Source: Vicugna vicugna (taxonomy: Eukaryota). From it: DNA of 62,000 nt. The stretch is taken from positions 2,517,502 through 2,579,501 of the forward strand of contig MU058059.1 in NCBI GenBank assembly GCA_013265495.1, given 5' to 3'. Under the pieces are notes generated by a model. It made no database searches, was not told the DNA's origin, and saw only the letters and a list, made by a program, of their open reading frames with translations. Position numbers and translations under genes: made by a program. Shown in pieces: positions 9,834-22,689 of this stretch. How positions within the stretch are numbered: the first letter of the stretch is position 1; each line of letters starts with the position of its first letter.

Positions 9834-12800
9834 TTCTCAGTGTTTAAGAATGCTTCATCCTTCTGACTTGTGGAAATCTTGCCTCCTAGAAGAGGGTTGA
9901 AGTACACAAATGTGCTAAGTCATGGGGGTACCACCATCCCATCAACAGTCAGCCTTCTGTTTGTTAGGAATAATGAGTGAGAAGAAAGCAGAGAGTTTTT
10001 AAAAATAATGAACTTTCAACTAGTCACGGAGGGTACATTTTATACCTAGTTGCATAGAGGTATAGAGCTGTTTTATATATGCCTCGTTAGAACCTCTTCT
10101 GTAACTGCAGTAAGAACTTCAAATATGTGTTACGTTAAAATTCATTTCTGTTCTACGCCGGTGGTTTGATAGCCCGCAGGCCCATCCACCTTATCTGAAC
10201 GGCTCTCAGTGACACGAGGTACGGGCCATACTATTTATCTGCTTCAAGTCATTTCACCGTCCAGGGCCCTTTGGCCTGGGGAGAGTGGGTCTGTGCTGGG
10301 CTTCGTGTGGTGTGTGTTTTTGTGTGTCTCCTGTCCTTCATGATGGCGACTGGATCAGGTGCGTCTGGGTGGCTCTCCCATGCCCTGGCCGCGTGCTCTC
10401 GGATGACGACATTCTTAGTACAGGAGCAAGGGGGCCCTCAGGGCATCCTCCACGCAGAGGCCTGCTTCCCTGGTGGTGGGAATGTTCTACTAACTGCAGG
10501 GTTAATGTTCTGCGTTGCCTTTCATCATACTTCCTGAGAGCATCCCCAGCATGCTTTATGTAGGAGCACACTGGGTCCCACCAGGCCCAGTCTAAATCTT
10601 GCGAGACTAGGGCTCATATTGGTTTTGAAGTATTGATTCACTGTGTTTGCTGAATGTGACACTGGAGTGATTCATTTTAAATACACTTGAATGTGAGTCA
10701 CATGGGAGATGAATAGCGATGGTTTCTTGGCCAAAGGGCCTCTCATGTGGCCCAAATTGCTGCATTCCACTGAAGGCGGACATCTCTGTGTCTGTTTATT
10801 TATCATTCTTGGTTCCTCTCATGGGAGCAGAAGAGACGTTCTGGTTGGAAGGGGGCTGATCTGAAATTAAACCCTGCCAAACACTTAATTTGTTTTCTTC
10901 CTAGATCAAGGCTAGCCAGGACAGCACACAACTGTTACTAGCATTGCAATATGTATTTGGACTCACACGGGTGACCACGGGCACATGGCGGCAGGAGGGA
11001 GCTCCTCTAAGCTGTGACAGAGGCTGATATTCAGAATGAATACAGGCCAAAGACCTCACTGGATGGAACAGAATTTATTTTTAATTTAGGTTTATTTACT
11101 AGGGAAGAAATTAAAGTGCGCTCATTCTAATTCTAAAACAGCTCTGCCAGAGGGCAACAGGTTTTAATGCATTTCTAACACAGTAAATCATTAAGAACCT
11201 TTGTTAATTATAAACATTAAAAGGGCTTAAGAAGGATCTTCCCTATTAGACTGCAGATGTAAATACAGGGCATCGGGCGGGGTCGCTCTCTGCCAGAGGA
11301 CAGGAACGCAGAAGCAATGCGGCACCATTTTTATTATAACATTTTCAGTCCCTTCCTTACAGGCCTCGTGCCCCAGAGGCTCTGCATACAAACCTCAAGC
11401 CCTGCTTTAAACTCGGGGTCAGCACTTTCCCTGGTCTGAGCCCAAGGCCATGGCAGCGGCGGGCGGGAGGGGATACAGTCGAGCTACTGGAGCAGTCCTG
11501 GATGAGAGGTTGGAGGTGCCTCTAAAAAGACCAGACAAGTGGAGGTGGCGGCTTTCAGAGTCATCGTGGCCCCGACTTCATGACTCTTAAGTGTGGGGAT
11601 AGTTCTCCAGAAGCTGTCGAGCAGGCCCCTCGTCTATGAAGAGTGATACTAACAGCACTTCTAGGCGTGATGTCGAAGTCTTGGCGGGCAGCTCCCCTCG
11701 TGGCTTTGAATAAGTGGAGGAGGCAGAGACGTTCAAGAGGAAGATTTGGGGATTATCAGGAAGGGCCTATGGCCTCCCCTGGCAGTGCCTCTGATGGGCC
11801 ATTTAACACTGAAAAAAAAAAAATCACAGAACCCACCTAAGCCACACTTTGTACACCTTATCAATGAGGGAATTGCCCAGGTTTCTGGTTCTAGGGCTCT
11901 GATTCCATCAGTCCCTGTCAGGCCCTTTGCTGTCATAGAGAAACATTCCTGCGGCCAGTGATGGTCCCTTACCAAGCGCTGACTGCAGCGTGTTGAGTGT
12001 GGTCCTAAGGTGATGCCTCCACTTCCCACGGAAGCATCTTCTAGAAAAAGGATGACACCTACTAAATCTTATTTGGACAGTTTTTAAAGAGACCCTAGGT
12101 CATCTAAATCTTACCACAAATCTCATATATTTAGTAAAAAGAAATGTGCTGATAATGAAATTACTAATTTTTATTAGAGGAAAAGCCTTAGTTCCTTATC
12201 AGACTCATGATGCAGAGTTCTGTGTTGTGGCCTCTGTGTAGGTACTTAAGATAACACCTCATAATCACTGTGCACTGCGTGTTTTTTGTCAGGACTTAGA
12301 ACGTCGCTGACCACTCTGGATTATCACAGAGGTTGGTCAGTTGTCACTGCCTTTGTCAGTGTTTTGGACACGCTCAGAGAAGACAGTGTCCATTGTTGGT
12401 TAACTTCTTCCACTTTGAAGACTGACTGACTTGGGTTGAGTGAGGCTTTTGTCACTAATAGCTAAAAAAAAACTCAACAAACTACTTAACCTAAGAACCT
12501 ACATTTCTAATAACTCGAGTCTTTTTTCTTCCCAGTTAGCACCTTTCTTCACAGCACTGTTGGGAGAATTAAATGTGCTAAATGCATGAAAAACAGTTAG
12601 CCGAGAACTTTGCTTACCTGGTGCACGATGAATTCTAAGTAGACCTGCTTGCAAACTGATCAAATTAATGCACTTATTACAGCTGTAGACACAGACTACT
12701 ATGGCAAAATCCTCCAATAGGACTTCTAAGCAGGTCAGTCGGGTTTTGTTGGACACACTCATCAAGTTGCACGTTGCTTTAAGTAAAACAAAGAATAGAT

Positions 12801-14379
12801 ATATGTCCTTAAGCTAATGTCAAAAAATCAACTATATGTCAAAAAAAAGACAAACCAGAAAACTGATGGAAAGTTCCCTGGAACCTGGGGAACCATATTC
12901 TGACTCTTGCCAGTGTTGTCAGGATAGGAAAAATCACAATGACCCAAAGTCCCTGAAAGGGTTGCAAAGAACATAGGATAACTATGAACGCTTTATTCAT
13001 ATATGGGCTGTTAGCCTGCAGACGTGGGCATAGTGCCATTATTTGTGACTTGGTGAGCCCTTTTGACACTTTGGCCATTTGAAGCGTCCTGCCCCGGACC
13101 CTGACCCCTCTGAGTTTGCTTGGAACACACAGAGCTGGACAACCGCGGTTTGATTAGAGCAGTGGGGCGGCGTCTGCAGTACGACCGAGGCGTCCTTGCT
13201 CACTTACCTGCAGACGTCAGAAAGTAGAGGACATTCACTGAAGGAGACAGGGATGAGAGTCCTGATACTGTGGACCTAAGGGACTGAAGTACGCAGGCAA
13301 ATTCCTCCCCTCTGGGCTGCTTCTGAGACGGGCTTACCTGGATTCTCTGCGCTGACCCAAGAGCAGAGAGAACTTGGTCCTGAGGACATTTCAGGAAAGG
13401 TTCCTGCACCCTTTGCTCACCAAGTATGCCCTGTGTCTGGGCCTCAGACTCAGCACATCCAAAACCAATTTAGTGAATTGGGAAATGGATGGATTTTCTC
13501 TGTGACCTCGTACGTCCCGAGGGCTTCCATCCGTTCTTGCCTTGGCAAGCTCAGACTCATCCTCCTCTTGTCAAACCCCTCTCTGCTTACGTGTCCCCAC
13601 TCATGTGGAAGATAACTCATCGGAACACATTCAAATGCATTTGGCCTCCAATTAGAACTTGTCTGCTCCATCTGTAAGGATAATGCCACTCATGTTGTTA
13701 AAAATTAAATTAACAAGAAGTAAAATAAATGAGAGCTAAAACTTGCAGAGTAATAGCAACAGATTATGAAAGCGTGATATGTCAAAATTTTAGTTTATGA
13801 GGGTTAAACGTGTTCCTTTGTTTGCGTAATATTCTTATAAATTAATTTTAAGAATATAAAGAACTGGTAATTACCTATTAGAATAAATTGCGAGTGAATA
13901 GAAAGCTTTAAAAATGAATAATGCATATAAATGAAATTAAAACTACAAATGCCGGAAATTTTATTAGGAAGTACAGTTATATCTATTATTAAAATAAGAA
14001 AGATAATAGAACTGTTTGAGATCAAAATTGCTGATCTCCCATCCATGTTATTACTTCTGTAGAGTGAATAATGTAAGTAATATAACTATTGAGGTAAAAT
14101 ATTTCTATTGACCAAAAAGCAATATTCCTTCTTACAGATCTAGACAAGCGACTGTTGACACGCATTTATAGTTGGCGTCGAAAACTCTTTGTAGAATATA
14201 TTACCAGTAGGAAAGATACAGATATTAAAATATATTTGTTAGGTATTATATATTGTTATTCACGATTCTTTACCTATATTGCATTGCGTTTTAGATGGCT
14301 CATGAATTCATCATAAATAACATTTTGTTTGTTAATGTTTTTATTTTATTAATGATCTATTTTAATTACTGAAGTCAGA

Positions 14380-15330
14380 GGTACCATATAAGAAGGCAGA
14401 AGCACAGACATAGAGAATGTAGAAATTCACAGATCTTCTCTTGCTTTCTGTTCCTTCCCTGGGGACTGTGCTCTGGTGTTTCTCTCTCCACATCTCTCTC
14501 TGTGCGCATTTGGATGTACAAACATCAATCTGTGCTCCAGGCCTGTTACTTAGGAATTCTGACAACACGAGATCGTACTGTACCTGGGATTCTGCAGTTT
14601 GACTTCACATCTGTCAGTATTCTCTCAGCATCTCTCTAGTTGCCAGAGCCTACTGCAATATTTTTGTATTTAACTCATTCTTAGTAGTAGCTGTGCATTA
14701 TTCTGAAATACAGATACCCCAACTATTTAGTCCTTTCTGTTTTGTTGGATGGTCATTGTTGTTTTTTTCTGTTAAAAGGAATATTTCAATAAATATCTAT
14801 CAATATATCTCCTTTTATTAAAATACCCTTTGTTTCTGTAGGTTGCACTTTTAAGGTAGAGTTGGTGGGCCAAAGATGTGTACATTTAAGATTTTAGTTG
14901 TTGTTGTCAGGTTGCTTTCCAGAAGGTGCTAGCAAGTTAAACTCCATCAGCAAGGTGTGGGAATGTTAGCTTCTGTATTTGCTTTTGAGCATGGACTGTT
15001 AATGATCCTTTACTGTGTGTTACCAGTTATCAGTTTAGAAATGGTGTGTTACTATATTTGCATTTTACTATTTTTTTGTGTATGTATTGACTGTATTTTT
15101 TAATCATCAAATTATCTATTTCTATTCTGAGGATGCTAGTCCAGTCTTTACTTTTTCAGTTTGTAGGAGTGTTTTATATAGTAGGGTTATTAACCATTTG
15201 TCTGTTACATGTTTTGTAAGTATTATTCCTTATTCTACCACTTGTCTCTTGACTTTATTCATGGTAGATTTTCTTAGAGAGGAATGTTTGGTTACATCTA
15301 TCAATCATAGCCTTTAGGACTACCCATATA
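14380..15330 (-). mobile_element. Ancient L1 (L1ME-like) remnant
   Basis: Degenerate L1 3' phrases (gtagagttggtgggccaaagatgtgtacattt, caggttgctttccagaaggtg, ttgtaggagtgttttatatagtagggttattaaccatttgtctgtta). Confidence 0.55.
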
Positions 15331-15534
15331 GTGTTAATATGTAATTAGAGTGTCACTAGAATTTAAATCAATCCAAACATATATTAATTTATTCTAGGTA
15401 GTTGGTCAGCTATGCAGTAACTTTTACCAATTGTCATTTTTCCTAGTGGCTTGTTTTCCAGTATTGTTTCAGAAGGTATTTTCCACATTTTTTTGAATAT
15501 TTTGAAAATAGTTCATTTTCGCACTTCAGTCTTC

Positions 15535-15790
15535 AACCACTGAAATTCTGGTCAGAGGGACTTACAAAGAAGACTACGGGCTAGAGAGGCTTCTGGGAAA
15601 GATTCCTTCAGTGATGTCAAAAAGAAAGGGTCCTTTCTCACCTTTGGATGTTATGTGATGTGGCACCCAGGAATGCAGCGGGCGTCGGGCGTCTGGTGAC
15701 CACAGGGGAACTGGGAGAAGGACAGGCACTGTGAAAGCTGAGTAGATGCACTGAATTACAATACCCTCCACACCTTGTTTTGGTTTGCTT
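15535..15790 (+). mobile_element. MaLR LTR fragment (MLT1J/I-like)
   Basis: attctggtcagagg..gaggcttctgggaaagattcctt..ctttggatgttatgtgatgtggcacccaggaatgcagc..gtgaccacagggga. Confidence 0.55.
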
Positions 15791-15792
15791 GC

Positions 15793-15857
15793 TTTCTCTT
15801 TCTTCCTTCCTCTCTCCTCCCTCCTTCCCTCCTCACCCCCTCCCTTCCTCCTTTCTT
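15793..15857. repeat. CT-rich low-complexity tract
   Basis: ~65 nt almost purely pyrimidine (tttcttccttcctctctcctccctccttccc...). Confidence 0.75.
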
Positions 15858-15968
15858 TATTCAACAAGTAGTTATGGAGCCCCTCTTATTTGATAGGTAC
15901 TCTCCTGGGTGTGGGGGACACGGTGGTAAAACACCAGCCCCCCAGCCCTCAGGGCACAGTTTCTGAGT
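15857..15968 (-). mobile_element. L2 3' end
   Basis: ttattcaacaagtagttatggagcccctc..ataggtactctcctgggtgtgggggacacggtggtaaaac..cagccctcaggg. Confidence 0.6.
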
Positions 15969-16107
15969 TATATAAAGTCCCCCTCTGGTTTGCAGCACAT
16001 GTACCTATTAGCTTGGAGCAAAGCTTGCAGAGATTCCCAGAACCGTTGTGGGGAGGAGGTTCTAAAAGGAAACACAGACATCAGGGCATACAGGAGCTTT
16101 ACATATA

Positions 16108-16440
16108 AATTGTTTTAACTGGAATATTTTGGGCTGCAAGAACAAAAAGGCATCTCATACAGACTAACCACAAAGGAAATGCATCAAAGCGGAGAAACAG
16201 GAAGCCCGTGGACAAGTCACACTTTGCAGTTTATTACCAGGAACATGAGTTCCTTCCAGATCTCTCCTGCACTGGCTTCAGCCCAGAGCTGGTCCTCTTC
16301 ACAGCCATAAGGTGGCCTTTAGAAGCATCTAGGAAAACATGCTTTGTTCAAATCTGGCTGAGGAAAAAGAGAAGCATTTTCCCAAACTAGAGTCTTAACT
16401 CTTCTTTCAGTTTGTTAGACCAATTAGAGACCAGTGAAAA
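16108..16440 (-). mobile_element. Probable old MaLR LTR (MLT1K/L-like)
   Basis: ttaactggaatattttgggctgcaagaacaaaaag..aaaggaaatg is a typical MLT1 terminus; the rest is degenerate. Confidence 0.4.
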
Positions 16441-16471
16441 CAACCAGGAAATTTTTATGAGTTGATTGACT

Positions 16472-16632
16472 TGGTGTTTTTATTCTCAAACTTTAATGTG
16501 CACATCAGAATCACCTGGAAGGCTTTTAAAAGATAGATCACTGGGCCCCACTCCAGATTTTGGGGTCTGGCTCAAGAATTTATATTCCTAGCAAATTCCC
16601 CAGTGATGCTGGTTGAGACTGGTTTGGAGAAA
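16472..16632. mobile_element. MER5A-like hAT-Charlie element
   Basis: ttctcaaactttaatgtgcacatcagaatcacctggaaggcttttaaaa..ctgggccccactccaga..aagaattt..agcaaattccccagtgatgctg. Confidence 0.75.
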
Positions 16633-16649
16633 TAAAGATACAGTCTTGC

Positions 16650-16900
16650 ACTGTACACTTATGACTATGGCCAAAATCTAGGAAACGGACACCACCACCT
16701 GCTGGCTATGGAGCAGCTGGAACTCTCATTCATTGCTGATGGGAATGCAGGATGGTGCAGCCACTTTGGAAGATAGCTCTGCACTTTCGTAGAAAACTAG
16801 ACATACATTACCACACCATTCAGCTGTAGAGCTTCTTGGTATTCACCCGAAGGAGTCAGAAACTCATGTCCCCACAAAAACCTGCACCTGACGTATTGAT
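16650..16900 (+). mobile_element. L1MC-like fragment
   Basis: tggagcagctggaactctcattcattgctgatgggaatgcaggatggtgcagccactttggaaga..cacaaaaacctgcac. Confidence 0.8.
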
Positions 16901-19900
16901 GCCCCAAGCCTCCTGACCTGGGCTGCCTGCTGGCCCCGGGATGGAAGGCCAGCACTCTTTCTCTGTGAGGGAGAGACTCACTGGGACATTTGCTGATGTT
17001 CAGCTCTTCGTTGCCAACCAGCTGTAGCCTTTAGTACCAGTAAAAGCAAACAAAAAAAAAACAGCAACAAAAACCTCTGCCATGGTTTTACTCATTCCAG
17101 TAAGTTCCTTTTAACCCATTTTTGGACTCCTTTAAAGATTTGACCATTTCCAGTGAGTTCTGCTCTTAAATCTTTGCTCTGACTCACTCTTTGCCCAACA
17201 CAAACCATTGTAACCTGGAAGGGGCTTTTGCAGAAATGTGGAAACTTGTCTTGACAGTTTCCTTCTATGGTCCTTCCACCTTAATTTTCAAATGCGAAGG
17301 CAGACTTGAGCTATTCGTGGGTATTGTGATGGGTGATGAGCAGGGTTGGGGGAGGCTCAGGAACTCGGCAGGAACATCGAGGACCACGCCCCATGTTTGT
17401 GACACCTGAACCCCTTCAGCACTGAAAGAAGAAACACAGTTATTCACACGTGTCTTAACATCGCTTATAGTAAAATGCCTAAATGGTAGGACTAGGTATA
17501 AAGTGAAATTTTTTTTCTCTCGTAGTCCAGCCTCCCTCTCTTAGAGGATAAAGTCGGGGTTCGTTGTTTCCATGGTTTCCTTTTCTGTGCTTCTAGTGAC
17601 TCAAGGAGACTGGTCCCCAGGCTCGCTGTCGCCCTGGGAGAGGAGGGGTGATGGGAGGTCACGTTAATCTGTGTGACTCACAGCTCAATTGTGAATTCCC
17701 ACCTCGTTCAAAGTAGTCATTTGACCTCTGGTAGTTTATTTTTTTAGCTATAAAGTTTTTTTATTGATTACATACAACTCTGGGGATAGTACATCCACTT
17801 TTATTTCAAACTTAAGGGTTATTTAGAAATGCTTTGTTGTTGTTGTTGTTGGCAGAGAGGGGTTCCTGAAACTCTAAACGATATTCATTTCTCTGATAGA
17901 TTATTGTAGAGAAATTCTCTACGATGGTCACTTTGCTTCTATTGGAACATCCGTCTGGCATCCCACAGTGTGGTCACCTCCGTTGTATCTGGAAGTACTC
18001 TCTATTAACAAAGGGCGTCACAATTCATCGAATGGTGTGTCTCTCAAATCAAGTTTTCTTTTTGAGAAATAGAAAACACACAGAAGAGTGAGCCACTCAC
18101 CTGGGCTTGGTGGACGCCTGCAGCTGCTCCCTGGGACGGGGGTCCAGGAGGACGGGCGGGAGCCGAAGTCCACCCATCAGCCACGGCCCTTCCCCGTGGG
18201 GCACACGTCTCTGTCCAGAAGGAGGGAAGCCAGGCCCTGTGGGTAAACGTGGATGTTGATGTAAACAGTGTGCTCGGGGTATTCAGGTGTATGGGGACTG
18301 GCTGTTTCTAACACCATGAGAATGTTCAGAAAGCACTGTGAAAGTGCTAGTAAGTGGCCGAGTACTTACCTTGTGTAGATTTCCGTCTCTTTTAGGTTAG
18401 GAAATGCAGTCACCCGACTCCCCTCCCTCAGTTCCTCCACCTCTGATGGGGGAACGCTGCTCGTTCACAGGCAACAGGGACCGGTGGAAATGGCCACACA
18501 CTCATTTGGGGGAAGAAATCCATTTGTGCTTCTGGAAGGTTCTCTGCAGTTTCAAAATCACCAAACTGTAGGAGTTATGACTATTTATAGAGATCATACC
18601 TCTTAGCGTTAAAAACTTAGGCCTTTCAAGAGAAAAGTACGAATATGTGTTTTAAGTGCAAAGTTTTTTCCATCCATTAGTGGAAATTGTATCTAAACAT
18701 ACCATCTTGATATTCAAGATTTCATCTTAAACAACAAATTCAAGTTAAAAATGAAAAAAAACCCTCAAGCTTCGCATCATTCTACTTTTCTTCTTTAACG
18801 CAGGCAATGTAAGAAGAATGAGGTTTTATTTTTATGTAGATTATTTAATTGGATTCTGAGGACATTCGGAAATTCTTTTCCTGTTAGAATACAAGAAATT
18901 AAGATTGGGTCAATTTTTTAAAAATTACCTATCACCAGGATTTTAGCTAATCAGACTTGTAACTTTACATGAATAGATGTGTGTATTTTTTATTTAGAAA
19001 ACCTGTGTTAAGCCAAGGATTCAGCTATTAATGATAAGTAGGCAACCTTTTGACTAGAAGTTTTATTTTTCGTGTTTTGTCATTTCAAAGATTTTTTGTT
19101 TTTAAAGAAGCGATGTTTTCCTGGATTAGTGAATTATTTAAAAAAGTAAAAACATCTTTTCTGCCTACATTTCTTTTTCTTTCTGGAAGAAGGCAAACAT
19201 TTGTATACCCACACACTTAAGGAAAAAAGAGCAAGTGTTACAAGATAATTAGAACTGTAGGATAATTGCCTTTTATGGGTGCATAATGCTTCAGTTGTTT
19301 CCTGCTAAATGAAATGTAAAAGTATATATTAGACTAAAGAATAACGCACAAAGTAGATCTCAACACAAGGGAAATTGTGTTTTGTTTGGAAATGTGTAGA
19401 TAGGTCTAAATTAAGAATACATGAAGAATCTGGGTCTACACACGTACGTACATACCTGTGTGAGAGGTCTCACACACACACACACACCAAGGACACTGAA
19501 ACAAGCCTGCCCCTAATGTCAGAAATTCCTCGTGAAAAACAAACGGGATTTATCCCCTGTAACAGTGCATCCTTTCTGCTGCGTTCCAACGATATGTTGC
19601 TGAGAATCCAGAGGAGTTTGTCAGTTACGGAACTGTTGTTCACGGTCCAGTCGGACCTGGTGCCACCGAGAAAAGGGCTTCTCTCATCCCTGCCCCTCAC
19701 TTTCCACGTCTGGGAGTGTTGTTTGAGCTCATCAGAACTTATCCTTGGGTGCCTCACCGAATTTCAGAAACAGTCCCTTTCAACGCATCCGCATTTGTGC
19801 TTGTGGCTTCGGAAGCTGCCTACCACTGACTCAGTTGTAGCAGGAAAGGGCACGTTTCTACGTGACAAATCCAGGGCTCTGGCTCTGCCCCGCACGCACG

Positions 19901-20640
19901 CAGCCCTCGCTGAGGAACAGGCTTGGGACAAAACGAACAGTGGCGGCTCAGAGGAGCTCTGCATGTAGGGTTGTTATTATTATCATTATTTTAAAGAGGA
20001 CAGAGAATAAATATGCTTCTCAAACTTCTGGGTGGATTTTTGGTATTCAGTGAAGGCATCGTCTTATGTAAAGCTGTTTATCCTCAATTCAGAATATGAA
20101 ACACAGCCTCAAATTCAACAAAGAAATGTCCCTGGCCCTTTCAATCACACACGGGGACTGAGTCCCTGGCCTTCTAACAGCTGTAATGGACAACCTCCCA
20201 TACTTGGGTAGTTAACTTGGCTTGGTGTGATCATCCTCCAGTTAATTTAGAGCGAACCCTCTCCGTGGGATTTGCAACAAAAATGTTTAAATACTTCAGT
20301 GTTGGAGAAGGAAACGATCTCTATACAGGTGCCCCCAAGTTTGAAGGAGGGTCACTACTAATTATCTTTGAGATAAGTGTAGAATTCAGCATTTATCATT
20401 TGAAAGAGTTTTAAATTGGAATTATAATAGAAAATGCCACGCCCTCCCCCCAAAAAACCCACACCATTTTTAGGTGCCTAGAGATAGGAAAATCAGAATT
20501 TACCAGAGTGAACCCTGGAATGAATACTGGAGTTAGTTGGAAAACCTCCTGAGGTGGATGAGCCCTCAAGGTTTAATCCAGTAACGAAAGATAGTGCCTG
20601 AAAGCGCTCCTGAGAAGCATGGGCTGTTAGCTGGGTGCCG

Positions 20641-20641
<1 letters not shown>

Positions 20642-20673
<32 letters not shown>

Positions 20674-20686
20674 TGCGCGCGCGCGC
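20642..20686. repeat. (TG)n-(CG)n alternating purine-pyrimidine microsatellite
   Basis: tgtgtg...tgtatgtgcgtgcgcgcgcgcgc, 45 bp of unbroken alternation. Confidence 0.9.
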
Positions 20687-22689
20687 TGCTATGAAATCTG
20701 GGAGTGAACTTGGGATGGTGCTGAAATGTTGTTAGCAGGAGAAGAAGTAATTGATGGAGGGGTGGATGGGTAGACAGGGAACGAGAACTGGGACTCTGAT
20801 GGCTGATCAGAGGGGAAGGCAGGCCGTTAGGCGTTGCCTTGAGTGCTGGATGTAAACACCGTAATTGGTCTCACTTTAAAAAAAATCTTAAGAAAAATAT
20901 CCGAGGATTGTCAGTTTCTTCCACAAGAACCTTCTTTCTGGTGCATCCGCAGATTCCGATTTCTGCATTTCTTGGGTACAGGACAGAACAGAAACTAAAC
21001 GTGTGGGTGCAGAAACCAGAGGACAAGGGGAGAGTTGACAGCAAGGTCGCTGAGACCAACAGCCTATGATTCATGCAGCTGATGATACCACTGGACCGTT
21101 AGAAATGCGCACTGATTTTTTTTCAATTTTTAAAAATTTAATTCTTATTTTTTATCAATATATTGTCAATTTGGAGCGGTGTCAGTGGTCCGGGGTCACT
21201 GGGGCTCTGACTGCACCCAAGGACTTTAAAGCTCAAGGGTTCTCTGCTACACGTGCCAGACGGCCACGGCTTACCTATTTGAGAAACAAGGAGGGAGACA
21301 TCCTAAGTGACGTACAGCATGAACATATCCCAGCTGTCGAAGGGCACACCGCCTGAGCAAGGAAGGGCCAGTCAGTTATTAGGTAGCAAGTGGGAAATGC
21401 TTGCTTCCTAGAGCTCCAGTCAAATGCTCTAGGACCAGGAGGAGGCTGTGTTCTAGCAGATCGTGTGCAGCCCAGGGGGCCCTGAGGAGGTGGCCTGTCG
21501 ATCCTTAAAGGAACAAATCCCAGGCTGAGAACCAGCATTCCTGGAGACCCAGAGGGGTTCACACCCTTGGGATTTTTATTTTAATTTTGAACCCTCCAGG
21601 GGAATCCGTTCGGTGAAATGGCTGTGCCGTCTGTTGAGAGCTCACCTTGCTGTGTGTGTTTTCCTGGAATCATTCTTATTTTTGATAAGCAGCTGCGTAG
21701 AAGATAGCTTTTGGGTCCAGATCCAACAAAAATAGTAACCTTGTTAGTAACCTTAGGGATTAGTGGGATACCTAGAGAATTTTTCTGTAATTGAGATTTG
21801 TGTGTTTGTTGAATGTTTGTAAAAGGAAGAAACAGCATCTTGAACCCGGCTGAGCAGACACAAGTTGTTTATGCCTGTTTTTTCTGCTCGCTCCTGCCAC
21901 AGGGTGCTAGACTCACCCTCTAGGCAGAAGTAGATACCTGCCTCTGATGAAGAGGGAAGGAAACATTCATCAGGATGACTTCATTCTTTTTTAGAATTCT
22001 TTAAGGAAAGGAAAAATAATTAATCTATCATATTAGGGGATTGACTCCTTAAGGAGAGGGAAAAACAATCTTTGAGTGTAAATTGATGGATACATTCATT
22101 TTCCTGTCTCATGTACAATTGTGCTGGCATGTGAAAATAATTTATGTAATTAGAGAAGGAAATTGGATTTTCTTTCAAGCTTTATATATGGATGTGTGGT
22201 CTTAAGATTGAACATATACTGGATATTACACTAGAAACTGAATGATGATTCGGAATGGTACAGTTGACATTTGGTTTCATTAAAGATGAATAGTCACCCA
22301 GCCTCATATGTTTTGCCAGATCACAAAAAGCAAGATTTAGTGGCTGGGGCTGTGGGTTATGTATTGAGGTGGCAAGACTTCTAGTCCAAACTGCCACTCA
22401 CTCGTTGACGTCCCCGCTCACGATGCTCACTTTAATTTTCCTGCCCATAATAACAGCAGTAGTAACACCACAGCCAGGCGCCCAGATAAACGGTGACCAT
22501 GAACAAGTAAGGTCTACAGCAGGCTTTAGGTTTCTTAGAAAAAGTGCTGGATGGAAACGCAGCAGGAAAGCCTCCTGGAGAGTGTCCCTGCCGCCCTCTC
22601 CGCGCATCACGGGAGGAGCATCTGTAAGCGCGCCCCTGTGGTCTAACCCTGCTTCTCAGAGGACTGGGGGTGGGGGGAAATGCAGTGCA

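Noticed and set aside
11144..11157. CTCF-like motif CTGCCAGAGGGCAA
   Set aside because: Mismatches at two informative positions; unsupported without ChIP or conservation data.
13804..14085. Minus-strand open frame of ~93 codons (80 aa from ATG) in the anomalous AT-rich block
   Set aside because: Somewhat long for 27% GC, but the I/L/F/N/K-rich translation is what AT-rich DNA gives and resembles no family I know; include it in the tBLASTx check only.
14155..14190. TTGACA as a bacterial -35 box
   Set aside because: No TATAAT-like -10 at 16-18 bp spacing; single hexamer expected by chance.
19375..19968. 197-aa ORF
   Set aside because: Starts at TTG, runs through a (CA)n tract, has no recognisable domain or splice context; consistent with chance.
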